A stretch of 63,429 nucleotides of DNA, the filler included, from Octopus bimaculoides (Eukaryota), in assembly GCF_001194135.2 (NCBI RefSeq). It is 5 parts of 5 records of this genome, joined end to end, with 100 filler letters (N's around TTAATTAATTAA, not from the genome) between each part and the next. Parts side by side here need not be neighbours in the genome. Positions count along the whole stretch, not along the records: positions 1 to 15,270 come from NC_069000.1; positions 15,371 to 25,217 come from NC_068984.1; 3 more parts are not named here. One strand, written 5' to 3'. Position numbers and translations under genes: made by a program. The notes under the pieces were generated by a model that searched no databases, was not told the DNA's origin, and worked only from the letters and a program-made list of their open reading frames with translations. This document shows positions 14,396 to 24,680 of the stretch, in pieces. Within the stretch, counting starts at the first letter, position 1. The number at the start of each line of letters is the position of its first letter.

Positions 14396-15236
14396 GCAGG
14401 ATGTAGATGTTAAAAGCGCGGATGTATGAATATTTGTGAATGATTTTAATAACACACAACAACAAGAAAAAAGAAAAGAAAAATAATAACCTGACATTCA
14501 CTTCAAGGCGTGGTAGCCATAAAGTTTGGATAAGACTGTCAAAAATAACAGCGATGGTTTTTCTGCCTCCCTTAAAAAGTTGTTATTCAACAGGAAAACA
14601 TACTTGTGTAAATCTACGTCTGGCAGTAAGAACACCAAACACTGAGATAGAAGCTTACACTGGCATTTGCACACAGAGAAAACAAACTGACTTGAACGCG
14701 ACACCGGAAGTAAGAAAACTATATATAAACAAATCTGTCTTTCTTTCTTTATTTCTTTCTCTTTGTGTCGAGCCTCCATTGAAAGAAATAGAGGAGCTTG
14801 TCCAGCTATGAGACCTTGTCTGTGTTACATGGGAGTCGGATAAGGAAGGAACGAATAAATGAGTAGCTTGACGAGAGTGGCATTAAAATACAAAAATAAA
14901 CGAGTATTCCATTTGCATGTGTCAGAGTTGTTTTTTGAATTTTATATTTTGTTTTGAAGTTTCTCGTTGAATAGAATATATATATATATATCGACTGCCA
15001 TAATTTAATAAACGTGGTCAGAGGAAAACAAAAATAATGTAAGATGTCTATAAAATGAATACAAAATGAACCTTCTCCTGTGTGTATTTTATTCTTTTTT
15101 TTTTAATTTTTTACCTGTCTTCTGTATGATACCGGCTTCTGTTGGACAGGCGTTGTAGATAGAACACTACAAATCTCTTCATTTGTGGAACCAGTAATTG
15201 AAGTTCAATTCTCTCTCTATATATATATATATAAAT

Positions 15237-15270
<34 letters not shown>

Positions 15271-15370
15271 NNNNNNNNNNNNNNNNNNNNNNNNNNNNNN
15301 NNNNNNNNNNNNNNTTAATTAATTAANNNNNNNNNNNNNNNNNNNNNNNNNNNNNNNNNNNNNNNNNNNN
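15271..15370. other. Artificial 100-bp scaffold spacer
   Basis: 44 N + TTAATTAATTAA + 44 N, identical at four sites. Confidence 0.95.
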
Positions 15371-16967
15371 TATTTATCATAGTCCTCCAGGATATAACAG
15401 AGGAATTCAAGACAGGATGCCCCTGGGAACTCCTCTATGCTGATGACCTTGTACTAATTGCTGAGTCACTATCAGAACTAGAGAAGTTTCAGGTGTGGAA
15501 GCAAGGACTAGAATTGAAGGGCCTTAGAGTCAACCTAGCTAAAATCAAAGTCCTAATAAGTAGGAAGGTAGAAAAAAGACAAACCCCTTCAGGTAGATGG
15601 CCCTGCTCGATCTGTAGAAAAGGCGTAGGTAGAAACTCTATAAGATGCACCCAGTGCAAGCTATGGACACATAAGAGGTGCAGCAATATCAAAGGAAAGT
15701 AAAGTAGGAAGTTACTTTTTGTATGTAGCAGATGTTCAGGAGCTATAAACACTGTAAATGTGCAGAAAACAACTTCTGCCACATTCCAGGGAGAAAAACT
15801 AGAAGTGGTTGATAGCTTCCGCTATCTAGGTGACCAAGTTAGTAGTAGGGGAGGGTGCACTGAAAGTGTAGCTGCTAGAATAAGAATAGCCTGGGCAAAG
15901 TTCAGAGAGCTCTTACCTCTGCTGATGACAAAGGGTCTCTCTCTCAGAGTAAAAGGCAGACTGTATGACGCATGTGTACAAACAGCCATGCTTCATGGCA
16001 GTGAAACATGAGCTGTAACTGCTGAAGAGATGCGTAGGCTCACAAAGAATGAAGCCAGTATGCTCCGATGGATGTGTAATGTCAGTGTGCGTACTAGACA
16101 GAGTGTAAGTACCTTGAGAGAAAAGTTGAACCTAAGAAGTATCAAACAAGAGAGACGATTGCGCTGGTATGGTCATGTGGCGAGAATGGATGAGGATAGC
16201 TGTGTGAAAAAGTGCCACAGNNNNNNNNNNNNNNNNNNNNNNNNNNNNNNNNNNNNNNNNNNNNNNNNNNNNNNNNNNNNNNNNNNNNNNNNNNNNNNNN
16301 NNNNNNNNNNNNNNNNNNNNNNNNNNNNNNNNNNNNNNNNNNNNNNNNNNNNNNNNNNNNNNNNNNNNNNNNNNNNNNNNNNNNNNNNNNNNNNNNNNNN
16401 NNNNNNNNNNNNNNNNNNNNNNNNNNNNNNNNNNNNNNNNNNNNNNNNNNNNNNNNNNNNNNNNNNNNNNNNNNNNNNNNNNNNNNNNNNNNNNNNNNNN
16501 NNNNNNNNNNNNNNNNNNNNNNNNNNNNNNNNNNNNNNNNNNNNNNNNNNNNNNNNNNNNNNNNNNNNNNNNNNNNNCGTCTCCTTCATTGGACACGAAA
16601 CTCGCTTGCGAAGACCTGTTGGGGCAAGTGAAAGCGAAATCATGATGGCACCTGTGCCCAGCGTCGCCTTCCTGATACTTGTGCCGGTGGTCCGTGTAAA
16701 GACATTTGAGCAAGATCTTTGCCAGTGCCGCCAAACTGGCTCCTGTGCAGGTAGCATGTAAAATACACTGTTTTGAGCGTGGCCGTTACCAGTACCACCG
16801 GTAGCACATAAAAGCACCCAGTACACTCTCAGAGTGGTTGGCGTTAGGAAGGGCATCCAGTTGTAGAAACTCTGCCAAATCAGATTGGAGCCTGGTGTAG
16901 CCATTTGGTTCACCAGTCCTCAGTCAAATCATCCAACCCATGCTTGCACGGAAAGCGGATGTTAAAC

Positions 16968-17006
<39 letters not shown>
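15371..17006 (+). mobile_element. RTE-clade LINE 3' part (RT with inserted PHD finger, 3' UTR, (GAT)n tail), interrupted by an N gap
   Basis: One frame LFIIVLQ..WELLYADDLVL..NLAKIKVL..[C4HC3]..FRYLGD..RIAWAKF..LRWYGHV with two in-frame stops; tail ggttggcgttaggaagggcatccag...gttaaac(gat)n. Confidence 0.92.
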
Positions 17007-17008
<2 letters not shown>

Positions 17009-17391
17009 CTCTGGTTGTTGCCCAATAATTTTTTTTTAAGTGTTATGTTACATTTTCAATTGATGTCTCCAAATTGAATCAGTATATATTGATTACCAAT
17101 AAATGTGTTGAAATATTTAAAGATGCTGACTTTGATCTATGAAGATATGTTGTTTTATCTGAGAAACTGTTTTATTTTTTTTTTCAGTATATCTCCTAGA
17201 AAAAAAAATCTCTCTTCACACTGAACCAATCAGCAAATATTTGTGTTGAAAGATAGCATTTGTTGATTCTAAAATATGGAAAACTGCCAATATTTATTAG
17301 AAATTTGGGTGAATAAGTACCTTTAAGACAATAAGATTCCAGGCAAATACATTTTAGTACTTACATTGCTAGTTGTCAATTGGCAAAATCA

Positions 17392-17614
17392 TTAACCCTT
17401 TTGATACCGATGTACCTGAAACCATTCTTATAAGACAAATTCCTGATTTTAAAGTGATAAAATTAAAACCTTCCCACAAAATTGCAGGTTAATTTGTGTT
17501 CTAAAGGACAGTTTAATAATGACAAAATTATTTTACAAAATTTTTCAATATTTTCAAAATTAAATAAAACAAATGCATTGTATTTCAAAAGAAATGTGAT
17601 AACAAAAGGGTTAA
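17392..17614 (+). mobile_element. piggyBac-type MITE, copy 1
   Basis: TTAA-CCCTTT ... AAAGGG-TTAA ends; about 215 bp; non-coding. Confidence 0.8.
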
Positions 17615-17688
17615 AACAACTGACAGAATAAGTACAAGGCTTACAAAGAATAAGCCCTGGGGGTTGATTTCTTCAACTAAAAACCCTT

Positions 17689-17900
17689 TTAACCCTTTTA
17701 TTACAATATTTCTGTTGAAATACACTGCCTTTTTTTCAATTAATTTTCAAAAAAAAAAAAAAAATTACTAAATTAACTCTGACATTATTATTAACATGAA
17801 ATTAATGTAATGGAAATTTTAATTTAAATTACTTTAAAATGGGAAGTTTATATCATAGGACCAAGGGCAGTTTCAGGTGGGTTGGTATTGAAAGGGTTAG
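17689..17900 (-). mobile_element. piggyBac-type MITE, copy 2 (inverted relative to copy 1)
   Basis: TTAA-CCCTTT ... AAAGGG-TTAG; its reverse complement aligns with copy 1 (atacc..acctgaaac; tgtatttcaa..aaaagggttaa). Confidence 0.78.
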
Positions 17901-17974
17901 GACATGGCGTCAGTCAAATGATTGAAATGTGTAAAAGAATAAAAGAATATATACATATATATAAATTGACATAC

Positions 17975-18128
17975 CATCAAGTTGTGCCTGCGTTTTTAGT
18001 GTTGGAATAATGCGTATGTAACATACTCCAGGAACTACAGGGAAAACATTTTCAATGGTCATATCAGGGTTCTTTTCTATTTCCAACTTGATAACAGCTT
18101 CAGCTTGCATGCGGAAATCATCTGTCAC
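17975..18128 (-). CDS. FOCAD: Focadhesin ortholog, internal exon (154 bp, phase 0 to phase 1)
   Basis: Acceptor tcttacag, donor gtatgt; VTDDFRMQAEAVIKLEIEKNPDMTIENVFPVVPGVCYIRIIPTLKTQAQLD; VPG-CY+++ matches human FOCAD VPGSCYLKLL as recalled; phase fits the upstream exon. Confidence 0.8.
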
Positions 18129-18235
18129 CTGTAAGATTTTAAGTTATGTTATTGTAATATTCTTGATAATTTGGATAATCACGACTTCTATATTAATCTA
18201 ATTTATGTAGCACAATTAGTAATTATAGATTTAAT

Positions 18236-18552
18236 GTGGCTTGTTTATGGCTCAGTGATGAAAGCATTGAGCTCACATTCATGAAGTAGTGACTTTGATT
18301 CCCAGACCAGGCAGTTGTGTTTTTGAGCAAGACACTTTATTTCATTTTGCTCCAGTTCACCCAGCTGTAGAAATGGCTTGTGACGTCACTGGTGCCTTGG
18401 ATAACATTGGTGGCATGGAGAGAGGAGGCTGGTATGCATGGGCAACAGCTGGTCTTCTATAAACGATCTTGCCTGGACTTGCACCAAAGAAGGGAACTTT
18501 CTAGGTACAATCCCACAGTCATTCATGACCGAAGGAGGTCTTTACCCTTGTT
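18236..18552 (+). mobile_element. tRNA-derived SINE with conserved central domain (family C)
   Basis: tggctcagtg A box, tttgattcccag B box, then ttgagcaagacactttatttc..gctccagttcac core also seen at 30440-30520. Confidence 0.7.
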
Positions 18553-19749
18553 TTAATGAAGCAGCTGCTGAACACAAAGTATGAACTGCATATGAACTGT
18601 ATGTCAAATGTATGTTCATCTGCTTTTTTTTCTAAATATGTTGCTCATAAAGAACATTGTTGCTAATTATGTCAACACATGCAAGTTGGTTTCATTTGGG
18701 TTTACTGCAATGTAATAACATGTTGGAGTTTAACAACCTGTTATTAATTATCTTAATTACCATGGAATTCTTATTCCACAGTAATACAGCAATTCTCTAT
18801 CTGGATAAATTATGCTGGTATTAAAACAAAATACCAGTACAGTATTTGTGTAGGCTAAGAAAAGTAATACTAAATCTGTGAAGTTTCAAACAACTCAACA
18901 TATGACCAAGATATTTTAAAACATGCAAAAGTTATTGCATTCTATTACACGCTATTAAACTGTCATTCGTACATGATGGTCGAATGTTTAGCTGCAGGAA
19001 GAGTATTCAATTGTAAAACATTTGTAATAATAGTATAAATATATCATTGAAGTTAAATTATATTAAAAAGTTTGCGTACACAATTGAACTACCATTAAGG
19101 TATAAACACCATCTGTGTACAATACATAACATATATACACCATTGACAGGCATGAAACTGTGATATTTGTCAGAGGGCAAATCTTTCCAAAGACAACATG
19201 CTGTTAAAAGCACAAAATATATTGGAGTGAGACAAACATTGTAGCAGTGACTCATGAGAATGCCAGAGGCATTTTGCCCTTCTTAGGCAAATACAGACTA
19301 TATTTTAGCCCAGCGAGCTCTCTGCAATAGCACTGACTGTATTATTCCCTGCTGCTATACGATGGAATTGATGGATTTCCTCCAGGCATGTGACTACGGG
19401 GTCCATATCATTGATAAACCTCAAGAAGAGTGAAACATGTCTAACATTTCCATGAGTTGCTGTTGACATATGAGTCTCGCTCCATATACATGTTGTGCAT
19501 CTAGCATGAATAAATTTTCCTTTAGACACAAACTGTGCCCTCATGCCTGTCACTGCAGTATATACATTAAATATGGTACACAGACAATTTTGAAAAGACT
19601 TTTCTAGTTCTCTCCCATACATCTTTGTTTAAGTACCAGGGAATATTTTATCTTTCATAAGGCAAAATGTAATTCACTTCATTATATTCATTAGCATGTT
19701 TCATTCTGTAAGAAGTGGGGATGAGTGAGCAGAGATGTGTAGTTATTAT

Positions 19750-20200
19750 GACCCTTTAGCCATGACAATGATATGGTTACCTCTCTAGTGTTGGGGGTCA
19801 TGAAAACACACCCAGTACATTCTGTAAAGAGTGACATGGTAAGTATCATTTAGTCATGCCAAGGACATGACAACTTTCTAGTGTTGGTGTCATAAAAAGT
19901 ACTGACTACACACTGTGATGAATTCAGTTGTAGAGAACAACATACTCTGTAGTGCTGGCAGAAAAAGAAAATCTACTAACTACTACAAGCAGTAAAGTGG
20001 TTGGTTATAGGAAGGGTATCCAGCCACAGAAGTCATGCCAAAATGAAATATCAACAAGATGAGGTACCCTCAACCCATCGAGATGAGTAAACCCTGCTAA
20101 CTTATACCAATATGGACAGCGGATGATGATGGTGATTATGATAATGATGATGAAGGTGGTGGTAGTAATAAGGATGATGATAATGACAGTCGTGATCATG
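19750..20200 (+). mobile_element. Old RTE 3' UTR remnant
   Basis: Degenerate UTR repeat units, gtggttggttataggaagggtatccagcc and GAT-rich tail. Confidence 0.6.
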
Positions 20201-20224
20201 CAATGAATGGAAGCATAGTTATTA

Positions 20225-20420
20225 TGATATTAGACTATGGCTGACAAGTTATAGGTGGGATGGCTTGGATGGTTTGACAGGATATAATGAGTCAAAGGAC
20301 TGCATCATACACCAAAGACTACATTGGCAACGCTTCTATAGGTGGATGCCCTTTCTAATATCAGCCACTTTACAGAGACCACTGGATGCTGTTTTTGAGG
20401 CAACAGCACTAGTGAAGATT
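20225..20420 (-). mobile_element. Old RTE 3' tail remnant
   Basis: ttctataggtggatgccctttctaat is the reverse complement of the RTE tail core. Confidence 0.55.
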
Positions 20421-20648
20421 GCCTTGTTATCTGCAAAGCAAAGGGATCTGAAGTGATCCTATAACTGAGGAAGAATAGAAGAGAGAGTGGGTGATGACAC
20501 TCAGCAGAGGTAAATAAGGGAGATTAAGTAAGATGAGAAGACCAGATTTATGGTAGCAATAAGATCATAGTCGAAGAGAGGGAGTAACAGAGTAGTCATT
20601 ACTTAGATAAGGGTGGAGTCAATAATATATTGTGAGCAATTTTCTTAC

Positions 20649-20807
20649 TTGTTGTGGAAAATGACTTATGGTAAAATTGTCAACTTTGAAGGCTGCTAAG
20701 GTCCGGAAAGCAGCAGCACTGACTTCAGGATTGCTCTGTTTGGAACTGGAATCACCAAACTTTTGAGAAATTAGCCATAGCATACTGACAACAGCTTCTT
20801 GGAATTT
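20649..20807 (-). CDS. FOCAD: Focadhesin ortholog, internal exon (159 bp, phase 0 to phase 0)
   Basis: Acceptor tctgtatttcag, donor gtaaga; KFQEAVVSMLWLISQKFGDSSSKQSNPEVSAAAFRTLAAFKVDNFTISHFPQQ aligns with recalled human NFKVQVLSFLWTHTQNKNPIVANAAYRSLANFSAGEHTILHLPEK. Confidence 0.85.
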
Positions 20808-21187
20808 CTGAAATACAGAAAGAACAGACATATAATTATATTTTGAGAAGACAACAAAACACAAAGTCAGTTTACTTCTAAAGAAAATTTTATTTTATTT
20901 AGAGAGAAAATTGTTACCACCAGGTAACAATTTTTTATTGCAATATTTAATGACTTTGCAACTGAAGTTGAGTTTAGTTGATGAAACTGATATCTACTGG
21001 GAGTTATGAATGTAATTCTGGATTTTAGATATACTGCAGGAGTAAAGAAAAATAATTTCAGTGATTAGAGGATGTTCAAGAGATAACTTCACCTTTTATA
21101 TNNNNNNNNNNNNNNNNNNNNNNNNNNNNNNNNNNNNNNNNNNNNNNNNNNNNNNNNNNNNNNNATATATATATATATACATACATA

Positions 21188-21345
21188 TCATCATCATTAT
21201 TTAACGTCCGCTTTCCATGCTAGCATGGGTGGGATGATTTGACTGAGGACTGGCAAGCCAGAAGGCTGCACCAGGCTCCAATCTGATCTGGCAGAGTTTC
21301 TACAGCTGGATGCCCTTCCTAATGCCAACCACTCCGATAGTGTAG
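21188..21345 (-). mobile_element. RTE 3' tail copy
   Basis: Reverse complement of 16830-16990 with few differences; (TCA)n end. Confidence 0.9.
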
Positions 21346-21559
21346 ATGATATATATATATATATATATATATGTAGTTTTATTCATACACACATAGGTGA
21401 TGAGTGAGGTTGGTGGGGTTGAATGAGAAAGAGGGTAGTAGGGTGAATAGGAAGTGTGTGGGTTCTGTACCGGAAAGTCGCAAAAAGACTGATGAAGAGA
21501 GGGTCAGTATATGTGCAGAAGCATTCTGATTAGAAGCAATGAATGGCAAACAGAAGGGG

Positions 21560-21960
21560 ATCCACTGCTACCCAAAATATTTTCAATAACCCTTGATATT
21601 TGAGGGCTGATGTCTTCATCTTCATAGGCTTCTGATAAAGTGGTATCCAACACTGTTGGCCTGAGTTTCATGAAGACAGCCTAAAGCATATCATTTGGTG
21701 TGTTTTCTGTCTTGCATGCAGTGTCTGGATTTATGACACCACATCGCGACTCCAAAATTTTAACATCATTTTCTTAATGGTGATATTTGGACCGCTGCTA
21801 TATTTCTGTTGAAGGTCATAGAAAGGAGTACCCATTTTACCAAATTTCTTGTGGCTCTGGCTTCTGCATTGGTTGTAGAAAAGTGTCTCATCAGCATTCC
21901 TCTTCATTTGTCATTATTCTTCACTCTTTTGTTCTTTTACAGTCAACAGTCTTTTGTTTC
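21560..21960 (-). pseudogene. Possible heavily decayed pogo/Tigger-type DDE transposase
   Basis: Minus-strand NADETLFY resembles NADETGLFY; a downstream LKYQGLLKIF weakly resembles QPLDQGII; frames broken. Confidence 0.3.
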
Positions 21961-22582
21961 GATTCAAACAGTATTTTCTTTCCTTTCCCTATACCTCTGT
22001 TTAGCACAACAGTTTGAGTCACATAGGCAGCAAAATGCTAATGAGATTCAAATGACCTAGTGAACTTTTTTTTTATTTCTTTAATTCATTCTATTTTACC
22101 TGTTTTCAAGAATCTGATGAGGACTTTCCAGAGTTAGAAGGTGGGAACCCCAACAACCCCCACCCCCACCACAGATCTGGATCCAGGCTGAAGAATACAT
22201 CTTCATAAGCACAGAATAAACATTCACTGAGAATGTTCTGATCAAAATTTCTATGAATCATAAAAGAGTACAAACCTGGAGATATAATACACTTTGGCAA
22301 ATTAAATCTACAAACGTCTTACAAATCAACTGAATAGTGTGATTGCAACAAATGAATGGTTATTTGATTCTTTTTATGATATTAAAACACTTCTTGGGTT
22401 ATGCAAAGTGAGAGTGTATATGGTTTCAGGCATTGAACAATAGTAATTTATGAGTAAAATGCAAACATACAAAGTGGACACAAACACACACAGCTCACAT
22501 CATGTGTGTTCATTAGTTTGTTTTGGCCATAAGCATAAACATTAATATATCGACATATATATGTATAGCTAAATAAGCATAA

Positions 22583-22671
<89 letters not shown>

Positions 22672-22699
22672 TATGTGTATACATATATGTGTATATACA

Positions 22700-23803
22700 C
22701 ATATATCTTATTACATATATAGGGAGAATTCACAAAAAAAAAACAAAAGACGAAGATAGGTGGTGTAGACAACAAACAGATGTATGAGTATAACGCTCGG
22801 GAAGTGACAAAGTCTTTAACGCTTTGAGCCTACGCTCTTCCACAGGAAGGAACACAGAAAGAAACAAAGAGACAAAATAAAGAATGTGTAGTGGCTAGCG
22901 ATCTATCATGGCAAATGCCGGACAGAAGGGTCACACAGGAGAGCTAGGGAGAAGGGGAGATAATAAAGTAGTGGTGATCCCAAAACGAAGGTGAGCGTGT
23001 GTGTCTATAAGAGAGTTTGTATGTGCATTTGGTAGAGGGCTAGTAATCTTGACGTGGGCGTATGCGCTGGTGTGAAAATGTGGGGCTGGGAAGTGGTCAG
23101 TGCTGGTGTGTACGTGGTGGTGTGTTGTGATGTGATGTGTTGTGTGGTATGGTGTAGTGGTGTGGTGTGATGGTCTTGGGAGGTGGGAAAGGCGAGAGTG
23201 GGGAAAGCAATGATGGGTGTGGGTTAGGCTGAGGGTGGGGTTAGAGGTGGGGTATATGGGCAGGCAGAAGGTGGGGTATATGGGAGTGGGTGTAAGGGAT
23301 GGGATGGGGTGGGATGGGAAGGATAGGCAAGGTGGGGTTGGAATGTGTAGGGGTGGACTAGACTGGGCTTATGAGGGAGGAATGACGATGAAGAGGAAGG
23401 AGAAGGTGGGTAGGAGTGAAGAAAAGAGAGAAGGAGAGTATGAGTGAGAAGAAGTAGGAGTCGGAGCAGGTGAGGTGGGTGAGAGGAAGGAGGTGTGAGG
23501 GAGAGAGTTGAGTCCATGTGGTGCAAAAGAGTGAAGAGAGAAGATTAATCCCTGTTCACGGTGCAAATGGGAGTCCGGATGGCCCCTGTGCAAGGACAAT
23601 CCAAATACAGACAGGTGGTGCAATGAGTGACCAGTAGAGCTGAAATGGTACGAGACCGGAGTGTCATTGCAGAGTCAGATGTCTCAGAGGTGTTCCGCGA
23701 ACCGGTCAGCCAAGTGGCGTCCCGTTTGTCCGATGTATAGAGAAGGGCAGAGAGAGCAGGAGATGCAGTAGATGATATTGGTAGAAGAGTAGGTGAACGA
23801 GTC
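22700..23803 (-). mobile_element. Penelope-like element 3' end (GIY-YIG endonuclease, low-complexity UTR, pLTR with hammerhead variant)
   Basis: One frame SFTYSSTNIIYCISCSLCPSLYIGQTGRHLADRFAEHL*DI*LCNDTPVSYHFSSTGHS..REQGLIFSLHSFAPHGLN at about 23500-23803; pLTR 22700-22946 matches 34780-34995. Confidence 0.9.
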
Positions 23804-24122
23804 GGTGGCACATAAAATGCACCAACTGATCGTGGCCGATGCCAGTACCCCCTGACTGGCTTTTGTGCTGGTGGCACATGGAAAGCACCATCTGAACATG
23901 ATCGATGCCAGACCCACCTGACTGGCTCCTGTGCTGGTGGCATATAAAAAGCACCCACTACACTTTTGGAGTGGTTGGCTTTATGAAGGGCATCCAGGTG
24001 TAGAAACATTGCCAGATCATATGGGAGACTGGTGCAACCGCTGGCTCTCCAGACCTCATGCAAACCATCCAACCCATTACAGCATGGAAAATGGACGTTA
24101 AATGATGATGATGATGATGATG

Positions 24123-24124
<2 letters not shown>
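23804..24124 (+). mobile_element. RTE 3' UTR with 66-bp tandem units and (GAT)n tail
   Basis: Units start at 23804, 23870 and 23936, then ggagtggttggc..gaagggcatccag..ggacgttaaa(tga)n. Confidence 0.88.
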
Positions 24125-24162
<38 letters not shown>

Positions 24163-24203
24163 ATATTTATATATCTATAGATGTGAGAGTGTGTGTGTGT
24201 GTA

Positions 24204-24229
<26 letters not shown>

Positions 24230-24236
<7 letters not shown>

Positions 24237-24680
24237 GAAATACAAAATGGGACAAGAATGCAAAACATCCAGACAGGTGATACAAAAAAGGGACAACAAA
24301 ACATCCAGATAGATGATACAAAGAAAACAAGGATGGGTCATTCGGAGTTTTCTTTCCTCAGTCAAGTTCCAGATTATCTTTGCAATTTCGGCTGGTTATA
24401 CTCGAGATTGCTCCAATCTGGCCAGCCCCAAGGAAAAACTAAGCTAAGAACATTAGATTCCTTGGAAGAAAGCAGCGAATATATATGAAAACAAGGATGG
24501 AAAAAAATGGAGATTGTTACACAAATACAAATAACAGGACAAAACAACAGGTGTCTTTCGACTAAGGACGAATTAAATTAAGCTGGTGTGCATGGAAATA
24601 AAGCCTTACGGCAGGGATACGAGATTTCACAGGCACAGGGAGGAATATAAATGTTGCATGGATGACGGCTGAACCAACAC
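24230..24680 (-). mobile_element. Unclassified repeat end, possibly a second Penelope-like pLTR
   Basis: Ends in (TA)n like the other pLTRs; carries the hammerhead-like CTGAGGA..CTCC GAA on the minus strand. Confidence 0.3.

Noticed and set aside
13375-14501. Poly-V/I/S/H ORFs up to 345 aa
   Set aside because: Triplet microsatellite mosaic that is open in several frames on both strands.
22106-22300. Possible upstream FOCAD exon (FFSLDPDL resembles LFSLVPSL)
   Set aside because: The similarity is short, the context does not align and there is no phase-0 donor at the expected position.
23804-23955. CRISPR-like repeat-spacer appearance
   Set aside because: Eukaryotic context, whole units are homologous, they lie in an RTE 3' UTR and there are no cas genes.
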